This document shows, piece after piece, positions 50,736-63,260 of a stretch of 64,000 bases of DNA (position 1 is its first letter; each line of letters begins with the position of its first letter). Origin of the DNA: Paraspadella gotoi. Taxonomy: Eukaryota > Animalia > Chaetognatha. The DNA lies in contig CM119268.1 of the NCBI GenBank assembly GCA_051294375.1, forward strand, positions 4,169,569-4,233,568, read 5' to 3'. The notes below the pieces were generated by a model, which ran no database searches, was not told the DNA's origin, and saw only the letters and a list, made by a program, of their open reading frames with translations. The position numbers and the translations under genes are program-made.

Positions 50736-53419
50736 AGAGAGGAGAGAGAAGAGAGAGAGAGAGAGAGTTGTTAAAACGGTTGCGACAACAGTTGATACGG
50801 CACTCCGAAAATAAATTCCCAACAGGAAAATATATAACAAAGGTTTTGCGTAGAGAGAATCGTTGGAGCGCACGCTCTTCCCCTCGCTCCTCTTCCTCTC
50901 TTCCTCCTTTTCTCCCTTCTCTTCCTCCACCTTCTCCTTCTCCTCGTCTCCGCGTTCTTGCAATTTTTTTTTTAAATCTTCTGTTCATCTTGTTCCTCCT
51001 CGCAGTTTATTCGCAATCTTTTTCGTCTTTATTTTATTCTTCATATATCTTTCTTTCATTTCCCACTCTTTCCTTTCCTTTATCCTCCTTTCTTAATTAT
51101 TTTTTTGTCGCTTTAATTATCCTTTTTATTTTCATTTCTTTTTCTTTTGCCTTTTTCTTTCGCTTTATTCCCTCTTTCTTCCTTTTTCCTTCTCTTCCAT
51201 TTCCTTTTCACTACATTTATTCTTGCTTTCTTTTCTTTCCTTTATTGCCATTCGGGTTCTTCTTTCTCCTTTCTTTCGCGCTCTTTTTGCTTTACTCCTT
51301 TTCTTTCGCTCTTTCTCCTATTCGCATTTTTCCTTTCCTCCCATTTTCTATCTCGCGGGTTTTTCTCGACAAAATTGGTAGTCATTTTTCACGTTTTCAT
51401 CCTTTTATGAATTTTGTTGCCTTTTTTCGTAAAAGAATATGTTTTTTTCCCGCTTTTTTTCCTCTTTTTTGAAGAAACAACAAGGCACACAATCGCGTGA
51501 AGAATCACAAATTTAACGACGACAACAACGACAACAACAACAAGCAACTGTTCCCGACGATCAAAACCGATAAAAAAAACCGGCGGAAATTGACAATTAT
51601 AATGTTGACAAATAGAAGCAACTTCCAGAAGATATGACTACGACGATGACGATGACGATGAGATAAGAACTACAACGAAAAACGTCGAGCGACGAGACGA
51701 CTGCAAGAACGAAACCACTCTTGCAAAAAAAAGAGAACAAAATTCTGTAGAGTTTTTTTATTTCATCCATCTTCGCATTTCGAATTCGTCAAAAGGAAAA
51801 AGAATGTGGAAGAAAAAAAAAGGGAGAAGCAAAATAAAAGAAAAAAATGCAGGGAAAAAAAGATAAAAAGTAATGGGAAGAAAAAAGACGAAAAACCCTA
51901 AGAGAGATAAATATTAAAACGAGATATATGTGATAATACTTGTGATATGACTTGTGAGCATGTTGTAGTGGTCATCACTTTCTTATCTTCAGGCGTTACC
52001 TTTCAGGCGGTCGTTCAAAATTTACACATAAAAATCGAAATTACGCGCCCGAACCTACCGACCCAAAACTACACCCCAGTACCCGGACCTACACCCCTAC
52101 CACCCTGCCAAAAACCTGAGATCGGTGTCGTTGTCGAGATAAGAAGGTTGAAAGGTGAAGATGGGAAATTGTTTTGTTGCCGATGAGACGAGTTCAACCT
52201 TCATCGTCGGGCGAGGCCCTTCACCGCAGAGGAGGCCTTGGGGGGAGAGGGGAGAGGGAGAGGGGGGAGGAGAATGCAGTGGGGTTGAGTGGTACGGAGA
52301 GGAGGGGGGGATGTCGCTCAGTCTTTACTAGGTTTGGATTTTTAATGTCTTTATTTTAAAATTTCTCTTTCTTCTTTCCTCTCTTTCAATTTTGTTTTTC
52401 CTTATTTCTTTTTCTCTTTTCTTCTTTTATTTCCGTCTCTTTTCTTTCTTCTTTCTTTCCTTCTTTTTATTTCCTTTCTTCTTCTCCTTCCTCACCGCTC
52501 TTCTTCTTTCCTTCTTTCTCCTCTCTTTCTTCCTCTTTTTCCTCTCTTTCCTCGGCTCTCTTTCATTAGCTTTTTTCCTCTCTTGTCTTCTTCCTCTTCT
52601 GTTCTTCTCTATTTCCTTTCCTTCTTGTGCTTACCTCCTTTAATCTTCCCGATCTCTCATCAGATTAAGCAGTTCATACCCGACCAAATCTCGTCTCGAG
52701 GTGACGCGATCAAAAATGCTTTCTTCCTCTTTTCATCGTCTTTCTTCCTCTTTTCCGCTCTGCATTCTTCCTCTTCTTTCTTCCTCTTTTTCCTCTGGTT
52801 TCCTTCGCTCCCTTTAAATCTTCCCGGATCTCTCAATCAGATTAACAGTTCAATACCCGACCAAATCTCTACTCGAGGTGCGCGAACTCAAAAATCTTTC
52901 GTTCTTTTTTTCGCTCTCTTTCTTCCTCTCCTTTCTTCCCTGTTTTTCCTCTCTTTCTTCCTCATCTTTCTTCTCTTTTTTCCTTCTCTTTCTTCCTCCC
53001 TTTAAATCTTCCGATCTCTTATCAGATTAACAAAGTTTGTAGAGGTGATCATCATCATCCCGACCAAATCTCGTCTCGAGTCGCGACATCAAAAATCTTT
53101 CTTCCTCCTTTTTATCCTCTCTTTCTTCATCTTTTTTCTCTCTTTTCTTCCCTGCTCTTTCTTCCTCTTTTTCCTCTCTTTCTCCTCCTCTCGTTTCTCG
53201 CTCTATTTCCATCTCTTTCTTCCTCCCTTTAAATCTTCCCGATCTCTTCAAATCAGATTAACAGTTCATCCGCGACCAAATCTCGTCTTGAGGTCGCGAC
53301 GTCAAAAATCTCAGGGGCACTTGAAAAGGCGAAACGCGAAATTCTTGGGCTGAAGAGAAAAATTCAAAGAATTTAAGAGATTTGGCTGTCGCCTGAATTT
53401 GGAAGAGAAAGAAAGAAAG

Positions 53420-53460
<41 letters not shown>

Positions 53461-54190
53461 AGAGAGAGAGAGAAGAGGAAGAGAGTATTACAATATGAGC
53501 AGACAAATAGTTTACGTAAAAAAATAGTTTCTTGTTTAGATAATGAGTTATTGCTCTGTGAATCGCTGACCTTCAAATTAAATCAAAGCTATTTTCTTTA
53601 TATTTTCATAAATAGAAATATAATTAAAGACAAAGAAAATGAAATATTATAACATTAAAGCAACAAACTTAAATAAAAAAATATTAATAGTTTAAATATA
53701 AAAGCAAAGAGTTAAATAATTTTCGCAACTAAAAACGTAAAATGTTTGAAAAAGAAAGAATTTAAAACAAAAGTGCGCGAAGATGAAATTCCCGTCAATG
53801 ATGCAGACTTTGGCGAGTTCACTGTGGCCAAGAAAAGGAAATTCGGGCTTCTCCCTACAAAATAGATCGCGCATAAGAAAGACAAAAGGAAACAATCTCG
53901 CAGATTCGAGACTCAGTCTTTTTAAAGGGAGATAGAGGTGGAAATCTCCTCTCTCTCCAGTGTGTGTCTCTCTCTTCTCGCTCTCTCTTTCTCGTCTCTC
54001 TCTCTGCACTCTCGTCTCTCATCATCTCTCTTCAGGTCCATCCACAGGCTCTCTCTCTCTCTCTCTCTCCTCTTCCTCTTTTTCTCTCTCTCCTCTCCTC
54101 CCTCAGTTTTTCCTCTTATCTTTTTCAAACGATTTCATCCACATTTAAATTCCTCGTAAAAAGTAGTTTGAAGTATTATTAATTGTTTTA
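47675..54190 (-). repeat. Second, indel-rich direct copy of the Ig-gene region (matches 28330-31330 and 36654-38598)
   Basis: Colinear copies of exons at ~48200-48320, ~48700-48960, ~50145-50252, ~50490-50615, 52116-52237; lacks the Kolobok, foldback and Gypsy insertions. Confidence 0.9.
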
Positions 54191-57100
54191 AAGTAACAGG
54201 ATCTGTTAAATTGCTATTTTTCGAAAAAGTAGGCCATTTTTGAGGTAGTTTGGAGAAACTGGCCTCATCTCTAGCTACCCCTATTTTCAATATCAATAAT
54301 AATGATCTCTCTCTCTCTCTTCTCCTCTCTCTCTCTCGCGTCTTCTCCTCTCTCTCTCTCTCTCTCGTCTCTCATCTCTCGTCTCTCTCTCTCGTCTTTC
54401 TCTCATCTCTCTCCTCAGTTTTCCTCTTTTTTTTTTCCACGATTCATCCCATTTAATTCTTCTTCAATTTTCTTTCTTGTTTTTCATCATCTTTTCCTAA
54501 TACTTTTTTTCCCTTTTGTTGATCCACGCTTCTCTTCCTTTCGTTTTTATCCATTTTCGCCAGAGGGCGCTGAAAACCTTTCTTTAACAGTTGTCTTTTC
54601 TTTCTTTTGAATATTTTATTACTAAAAACCTAGTTTTTTTTTATTTTCTTCTTTGCTGTTATTAGTAAATGCACAAAGCATGACCGAATATTTTTATATT
54701 ATTTTAAGATTTTAAGACAGGAATTCAATAAATAAAATACTTAACTTTTCAAACAACGAGTTGAAATAACAACATTACAAACAATAACAATAACAACAAG
54801 AACAACCAACACATTTCTTCGCCTCATAGAACTTGACAAACGTCAGGCCACTTGTGGCGCTTTGGTGACAAATCCCAGACCGTTCCCTTTCAAAACAAAA
54901 GACGATTTAATGTCGATCAATCGCGTTATTATCTCAGGTGTCGTTNNNNNNNNNNNNNNNNNNNNNNNNNNNNNNNNNNNNNNNNNNNNNNNNNNNNNNN
55001 NNNNNNNNNNNNNNNNNNNNNNNNNNNNNNNNNNNNNNNNNNNNNNNNNNNNNNNNNNNNNNNNNNNNNNNNNNNNNNNNNNNNNNNNNNNNNNNNNNNN
55101 NNNNNNNNNNNNNNNNNNNNNNNNNNNNNNNNNNNNNNNNNNNNNNNNNNNNNNNNNNNNNNNNNNNNNNNNNNNNNNNNNNNNNNNNNNNNNNNNNNNN
55201 NNNNNNNNNNNNNNNNNNNNNNNNNNNNNNNNNNNNNNNNNNNNNNNNNNNNNNNNNNNNNNNNNNNNNNNNNNNNNNNNNNNNNNNNNNCACGGCGCTG
55301 TCACAAAACGCTCCCGTTGCCTTTCTGATAATTCCGCCATTTTGAAAAAGTCACAACCGCCACATGAACGCATAAGTATCAAAACTCTTTTCAAAAAAAC
55401 CAAACAAAAATATAACGAATTTAGGCAGACATTCAAACCCAAACAAAACAAAATTCAGACGCCGTCAAAACCANNNNNNNNNNGTCAAAACCATTCGCTC
55501 AATCTCCAAAATTCTGGAATTTCAAAATCCAAAATGGCAAAAAATCTCGGAACAATATCAACGCTACTAAATGCAGCTGATCATTCATTGACAATGAATC
55601 ACTTTGTAAAGTCGCGTATGTCGAAGGTTAATTTTTAAAACAGGAAGAAAATAAAGGCAGATGAAAGGAAAAATTAAAGAAAGAGATACAAATATTAAAA
55701 AAAAGATAATAAAGACAGCAGAAGAGACAATAAATAACAAACAGCAGTAAGTATTACCTATCCAAAAAAAGTCATCTGTGTATGTGAGCATCTCTTCATC
55801 AATCGCCGTCCTCTCTCTCTGCTCTCTCTTCTTCTCCGGTCTCTCTTCTCCTCTCTCGTCGTCTCTCTCCGTCCTCTCTCTCTCTCTCTCTCTCTGCTCG
55901 CCCTGCATCACATATAAAAGGGCGGCTGGAACGAAAAAAGAGGGAACAACAATTCCGTTCTCTCTGTGGGACTCTTTTTTTTTTTTACTGATCCGCTAAA
56001 GAATGCCATCCTTCTTCGGGACGGGCGGCTGTATACCGGCATTCCTGAGCGTGCTGCCTGCTGCCGACAGCAGTGGCTCGCAGGCTGCGTTTCTTGCGTG
56101 CGACTCCAGGTTGTGACGTTTAGGAATAACAGCTTTTTTTATGAACTCTGGTTTTTGATATTAGGTTTTCTATTTTCTTTAATATTTTCTTATATTTTTT
56201 AAAAAAATTTGTTTTTTCTCTTCTTGATACTTTAAAAATACAAATTAAGAATATTTTTTCATTTACAGGGAGAATTTATAGAGAATGCATAGTAAATCAA
56301 AGCTTAAGATTCTATTATATTGCTAGAAATAACAATTTATAAAAAATTTTGACGCATATGAGCAAATGGAAAAGGCCTTTGATAAGATGTTAAAAAACGT
56401 TCTACATAATATACTTGAAGATACATCCAAAAACCCGGATTGATTCGCGAAATATAAAATTATCCACAAAAACAAATAATGAATCGTCGTCAAATTTTAA
56501 CTTTAGGTTTTTTCCGAAATATCGATGAAATGCCCGATATGTGAAACCAATGTGACAGTGTTTTTCTCCCCAAAACTGAAACGCAGAAAAAAAAGACAAA
56601 TCGCTATATTTTATATATCTTTCTTTTCTTTTCAAAATCAACAAAGACTAAAAGAAAATTTCTTTTCTCAGAAATCTGTAAATCTATACTGATAACCGAG
56701 AGACCGTGTGCGGTCGACTTCTTCCGTTCTAACTCGTCACTTTAGGTAAAATTAAACTCTCATCTGCGACCGCCCCACCTTTCATCATTGAAATTCACCG
56801 AGATTATCCCTTTTTTCATCATTTCTTTTTTTCTTTTTTCAAAACCCCGTTGAGCCCAGAAGTAACCTTCTTCCATACCCATCGATCAATACCGCCCCCC
56901 CTCAAAGACCGCCTCCCCAAAACCTCCCCCCCAACCTCCCCTTACCCTCATCGTTGTTAGCTTTGATTGTTTTTCATCATTAAAGATTAAAAGCTTCGCG
57001 AAAAACTTTTTCTTTTTTTCGTTTTTCTTTTTTTTTTTTTCTTCTTCATTTTTCTTATGTAGACGCGTCGAGACAATAAAAGTTTTTTGTCTGTCGGTAG

Positions 57101-59154
57101 GTTTGTCCTTTAAACTTCGTATCAAAGAGAAAAATGTTACGGAAAAAGGTTTCTTCGTTTGAATCTGGAGAAAAGGAAGGAAAAGGAGGAAGAGGAAAAG
57201 CAAAAAAAAATAGAAAAATGGGAAGAAAAGAAGATAAAGAAAAGGAAAATAAAAAAAGGGAAAAAAAAGAAAAGGACATTGATTCTTCCTTTCTCAATAC
57301 TTCTCTTAATATTGTTAGTGTTCTTTTGTTTTCTTTAGTTTAGTCGCCAAAATTTTGATTTTCTTATCGAGTTCCTTCATTTATTTAATCTCTCACTCTT
57401 TCCTTTGATATATTCTTTAGTTTTTCCTTATGATATTATCATCACAATACACAATCGTTTGGTCTCATTTCTTTCTTTAATTTTTTCCCCATTTTCAATC
57501 TTCCCCCTCCTCCTCCTCATCCTCCTTCTTCTCTTCCTCCTCGATCGACTTCCCCCATCATTTTTAACTCACCCCGCGTCATCTTTCCCGTCGGATTCCT
57601 CGCTTTGTTTTCCTCTCTCTGCCTCACTTTTTCACTCGGCTCACTTGCCTCACCTCAACTCACCTTTTCACTTTAATCTCACACTTCATCTCACTTACTC
57701 CTCCTCACTTCTTCGATCAAATCTTCGCCCCGATTCACCTCACAATCAATTCTCGCTTCTCCCACGGAAACTNNNNNNNNNNNNNNNNNNNNNNNNNNNN
57801 NNNNNNNNNNNNNNNNNNNNNNNNNNNNNNNNNNNNNNNNNNNNNNNNNNNNNNNNNNNNNNNNNNNNNNNNNNNNNNNNNNNNNNNNNNNNNNNNNNNN
57901 NNNNNNNNNNNNNNNNNNNNNNNNNNNNNNNNNNNNNNNNNNNNNNNNNNNNNNNNNNNNNNNNNNNNNNNNNNNNNNNNNNNNNNNNNNNNNNNNNNNN
58001 NNNNNNNNNNNNNNNNNNNNNNNNNNNNNNNNNNAGGTCTTGAACTTTTCTGTTCCGTTAATTTCAATGACAGCATGAAACTTCAAAATTTAAACGTTTG
58101 AAATAAAAATTCACTTTCATTAAGAAAATTTTGCAATTATCTGTTAAATTTCTCTTTAATGTATCAATTTCTGCATTGTAAACATTTTTCAATATTGCCA
58201 ATTACCAATCGCCAATTGCCAATATTTTCAATATGTACAATTTTTTTATCATTCTATCTCCATTCTCCATCTCTGTCTCTATTTCTCTTTCTCTATCTCT
58301 CTATTTATTCCTTTTTTTTCTTTTTTCCCCTCCAGGATTAGCATATTTTATCGAGGCTTTTTGCCTCTACTTTTTTTCTCCATTCAAGACTTGTTGCACC
58401 TCCCCTTTCTCTCTCTCTCTCTCAGTCTCTCTCTCTCTCTCTCTCTCTCGTCTCTCTTCTCTCTCTCTCTTCGTCTCTTCTCTCCTTCCTCTCTTCTTTT
58501 CCGCTTCATACATCTTTCTTCGACCTTTTACGTAATCCTCCCTAATATGATTGATACGCTTCTCATGGAGATCAAGCCACTTCTGACCTCAGAACAAAGT
58601 CTCTTTCTCTCTCTCTCTCTCTCTCTTCTCTTCTCTCTCTCTCTTCTCTCTCTTTTCGTTCTAATGCGCAAGACTTCGAACTGAGGTCTTTTTTCTTTCA
58701 CCTTCGCCGTCTTATTTTTTTCTTCCTTTCATTTCATCGTCTTTTTATTTTTTCTTCTTTTTCCCCGGTTCTTTACCTATTTGTTTATTTGTCATATATA
58801 CGACCCAGTTTTATTTAACGTACAATTTTCTATCCACACATACTAAATTCAAATGTGTGTAACATCTCCCGCTTTCACCCCAACAAAAAAAAAAATTCTC
58901 TAATTAATTATTATATCCTTTCTATTTGTTAAATTTTTTATTTCATTTCATTTATTTATTAATTACTTATTTTATGTAAGTTTGATCAATTTCATTAACT
59001 TTTTATTCATTCGATTTTTCCAATAATTAATTTCCTTAACGGTGCATTTCATTTCTTGTGCGGTCGGTCATTATTCATTTCATTCTTCATTCATCATTCA
59101 CATTCATTTCATTCATTCATTCATCATGCTCTTGGCGAGCCCTGCCGAGCAACC

Positions 59155-59248
59155 GTCCGAGATAATAACAGTGAGCAATGAAGGAGACTTCCATTCAGAT
59201 TCCTTTCGAGTGACGGCCTGCCAATATCCGCCATGCAGGGTGGGTCGC
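59155..59248 (-). CDS. Candidate further upstream exon of the minus-strand gene (frame unresolved)
   Basis: Strong pyrimidine tract plus CACAG acceptor; open readings RPTLHGGYWQAVTRKESEWKSPSLLTVIISD or GDPPCMADIGRPSLERNLNGSLLHCSLL; weak GTTGCT donor. Confidence 0.3.
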
Positions 59249-59384
59249 CTGTGTGAGCAGAGAAAAGAGAAAGTGGAGAAGAGGAGAGGATAGAAGAGGA
59301 GAGAGAGAGAGAGTGACGATGAGAGAGAGAGGAAGGAAGAGAGGAGAGAGAGAGTAGAGAGAGAGAGGAGAGAGGAGAGAGAGA

Positions 59385-59419
<35 letters not shown>

Positions 59420-59830
59420 AAAAGGAGGGAACCCTATAAAAAACCCTCATTACTATAATAATATACTTACTATGTGATGCACTATAATCCACCAATCCGT
59501 TCATCAGCGGCCATGGTGCAGGAGGCTTCCCAAACCCACAAGGTCCGGCGGTATATCATCCCGGCTTGGTCGCATTGGCAGTTTAAAGGGACCGCGGCGC
59601 TTAACCCGCCTGTAACACGGTGTTAGCAGCCTGATCCGAAGCTCAGGGACTTCTTATATTGAGCGGTTCTGTTACTAACTCATACCTCTTCACTACTTAC
59701 GCTTGTAAAAAAGCAACACTAGATAGAGGAAAGAACCAAGCAGTCGAGAAAAACTAAAGCTGAATTTATTGCTGATTGATATTTATCTTTTTATGTATGA
59801 ATCAAATACAAATGTTCATTTTAAAAAAGT

Positions 59831-59874
<44 letters not shown>

Positions 59875-60854
59875 TTGTATTGAATTTCATCGATAAAAAC
59901 ACGATAAACAATACAAAAAAACAATGACGAAAATGTTAACGCCCTTACTCTTTACAAGGATAGCACGAAAATAACAACAACGAAACAACAACAACAATGA
60001 AACAACAACAACAACCAACTTTTACGGAAAAACAATCTCGTGATTCGAAAACGAGATAAAGAGAGAATTGTATCCAGTTTTTTTTCTTTTTTTCGATCAG
60101 TGGATTTTTCCGCGTTTTCGTTTTACGACAAACTCGTTCCAACAAGAAAAAAAGAACAACTGAATAAACAAAAGGACATTAGCGACATTTTTTTTTATTA
60201 AAGGAAACTGAAAAATAAAAGATGCGCGGCGGTTTTTTGTTTTTTGCACCTTTTTTCAAACGCGGAAAAAAAGACACTCAGTTTTCGAAGTTTGCGCTTG
60301 AACGAAAAGAGAGAGAAGAGAGAGAGAGAGAGAGAGAAGAGAGAGAGAGAAGAGAGAGAGAAGAGAGAGAGGAGAGAGAGAGATATATATATATATATAT
60401 ATAGTATTCTTATATATAGAAAGTCTTTATAATATTATTTACATTTTTTTTCTATTTTTTACACCGTTTGCTCTTGCTTGAAGACAAGCCTTAGATTTGC
60501 TTAACATATTTAATTAGTTATTAGTTATATATACCATCGTCGTCTTCGTAAAAGTCAGTCAGAAATTGAAAATAGAGATTTAAACGACGGCAGCTTAAAC
60601 ATCTTTAATTTTGTAAAAGTTTCGATTCAAATCTGCTAAGCTTCTCTATTGCTATGAGTGTTATAACAAACATATAATCCATTATATTTAATTTATAAAA
60701 ATCCCAACCGACTATCCAAACAATTTCCTCTTTTACTCTCGCTGCTTAAAATTCCGTCTTTCCCTTAAGTCGGACGCGTAACTCAAATTCTCAATCGTCA
60801 AAAATCAAATTCGAACCAAAAAATATTTATTTATTTATTTTTTCTGTCCGAAAT

Positions 60855-61075
60855 CTTCGCGTCGCCGAAAGAGAAGCGGTTTTTCCGCTGCCCGAGACAC
60901 GGAGCGGTCCGGCGAGAAGCGGGCGGATCCGAAAGCGGAATCTCGCGGAGCGGGAAGCGAGTTCTCGCTGATCGGAAAGCGGAATCTCGCGGATCGGAAA
61001 GCGGATTCTAGCGGATCGGGGAGCGGAACGTCACGTGACTCGATGTTCAATCCCAAAATCCTGAAGATGGCGAAA
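60855..61075 (+). promoter_or_regulatory. CpG-rich promoter-like / first-exon region of the plus-strand gene
   Basis: Repeated GCGGAA (ETS-like), two TCTCGCGGA, palindrome GTCACGTGAC (61030-61039), and AAGATGGCG (YY1-like) over an ATG at 61067, followed by a GT donor at 61103. Confidence 0.5.
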
Positions 61076-61563
61076 CTTATCGTCGATACTGACGAAAGAA
61101 GGGTATTTTTGTTTAGATGTTTAGTTTAATGTCATTCATTGTAGAATGTGATTGTTTCCGAGAGAGAGGAGAGAGAGATGAGAGATGAGAGAGAGAGAGA
61201 GAGAGAAGAGTAGCCTATTTAACTTTTATATTAAGATTAGAGCTTTATTTAAATTCGACTACAGTTGCTACAATATCAATTTTATTCAACGGTACAACCA
61301 ATATAAAAATTCTTCATAACAGAAAAAGCGAAAGAGAACAAAACTGGATTAAGAGGAAGACGAGCAGCGCCGCCAACCGGTTATTTATTGGGCCGAGATG
61401 GTCTTTTGTTGCTTTTTTTTTGCTTTTGCCGTTTGTCTTTACTTTAGTTCATTTTTGATTCTCATTTGTTCTCCCTTGTTAATTTTTTTCTATTTTTGAT
61501 TTAATTTTTATATTTTCAAAATTTCTTTCGCGTCTTGTGCCTCCCCCCAAATCCTTAAAACAG

Positions 61564-62544
61564 GCCCAGGATCGCGTTACGTAGCGGCGTCAAAAACGGT
61601 ACCGAAATACAGAACGACCTCGACGCCACGTAGCAGCGGCGCCGGCAACGCCAACGCCAGCGCCAACACCAACGCCGGCGCCACCACCGGCGCCAGAAAA
61701 AAGTCTCGTCGTCGCTCCGTTCTCAAATCACCGAAACCGGAAACCGAGGACAACGCCAACGACGACGACGATAACGACGACGATAACGAAGACGACGCCG
61801 AAGAAGACGATGCCGCCGACGCCGAAGAAGTCGTAGAAAAGACGCCGAAACCTAAGACGAAAGCGCGCAGAAAATCTCGGCGCCGATCTCGCGTCAAACA
61901 GCCGTCGAAATCGGCAAACGACGCCGACGATTCAACGGACGACGCCGATCGAAACAACAACATCAACGCGGCGTCGAAGAAGCTGAGGATCAAAAAGCGC
62001 CGGGGAAAATCGGCCGAGGCGTCGGGGAATCCTTTCGACGCCGACAACAACGATAACAACAACGACAACACCAAGGTCGTTTCTTTGGTCGTTTCAGGCA
62101 AGCGTGGGCGAAAGCCGAGAAAGAAATCCGGCCGCCGCAGAGTCAGCGTCGGCGCCGCCGCAGCCGCCGCCGGAGGAAAGACCGACGACGAAGGCGGCGA
62201 CGGAGACGACGAAACTTCCGGCGGAAAAAGCCGGAGGAGGCGGAAACCGATGAGGAGGAGATCCGGACGCCGAGGGAAATCGGCCGAGAAATCCGGCGCC
62301 GAAGGATCGGAAGAAGAAGTGGAGGAAGAAGAAGAAAACGACGACGATGACGAAGACGAAGATGACGACGAAGAAACCGCCGTTCCTAAGCAACGAAAAA
62401 AGTCAAAACGGCGCCGATCTCGGCCCAAATCTGCCGTTAGGGGCGCTGGCGGCGTCGATGCGGCGAACGACAACTCGAACCGGAAGGGGGCGCCTTCGTC
62501 TCGGCGTCGATCCTCGTCGAAATCGGCGCCAATTCGTCCTTCCG
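61564..62544 (+). CDS. Large exon of an uncharacterised low-complexity protein with alternating basic (RKKSRRRS) and acidic (D/E/N) blocks
   Basis: ACAG acceptor phase 1; frame open to 62564 (extends track ORF 62085-62564 upstream); G|GTTCGT phase-1 donor at 62545. Confidence 0.75.
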
Positions 62545-62815
62545 GTTCGTTGGTGATGTTGTGATTCGGGGTTGTGATAGTTGTGATTATTGTGAAGAAT
62601 TCGGTCAGACGCCGATGTTTTATGAGTCGTTTCGAGTGGAGTTTGTGACATCTCAGGTGTTATCAGTTGCTTTCGTTACCCGTGATATGTTACATTTTAG
62701 TTTGTGTTTGTTAAAGTTTTTGTTTTTGTAATTAGAGATTTTTCATTATGTGAGGAGTTTTGACTTGGTTTTACGACGTTTNNNNNNNNNNTTTAATAAT
62801 ATTTGTGATATTTAG

Positions 62816-63260
62816 CTCCGCCAAATCGTTCGTCCACAAAGAGATCAACTCCCGCCCGCTTGACGATGCCGCCAACCGTCACCGCTCGACCGCCAAGGTC
62901 CGCCTCCAAGTCCGTAGGTGCCAAGACCGCCTCCGCTAAGCCGCCGACGCATCACGCCGCCAGGGCCGCCTCCAGACCCGCTTCCAAGAACGCGTCAAAG
63001 CCCCCGACGGGGCCCTCATCGAGAGCCGCTTCCCGTGCCGCCTCCAGGCCCACTTCCAGGCCCGGTTCCAGGCCGCCTTCAGCCCGGCGTTCCTCGAGGC
63101 CCTCGCCCGATGCCGAGCGACATCGCCGGTCGAGCCGAGCTCGGAACGGGGCGTCCGCGAATCCAAAAGGAGAGACCCCGGGAGCCAGAAGGGTCTCGGC
63201 GGGAGCGGGACGGGCTACTCCGGCGCCGGGCAGCGTGCGTCTGCCGGAACGGGCAGGAGG
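62816..63260 (+). CDS. Next exon: S/R/P/A-rich basic region (SRAASRAASRPTSRPGSRPPS)
   Basis: TTTAG acceptor phase 1, in frame with track ORF 62860-63264; GG|GTGAGG donor just before the stop. Confidence 0.7.

Noticed and set aside
61577-62473. 298-aa minus-strand ORF
   Set aside because: Antisense shadow of the plus-strand exon, which has matching splice sites and phases.
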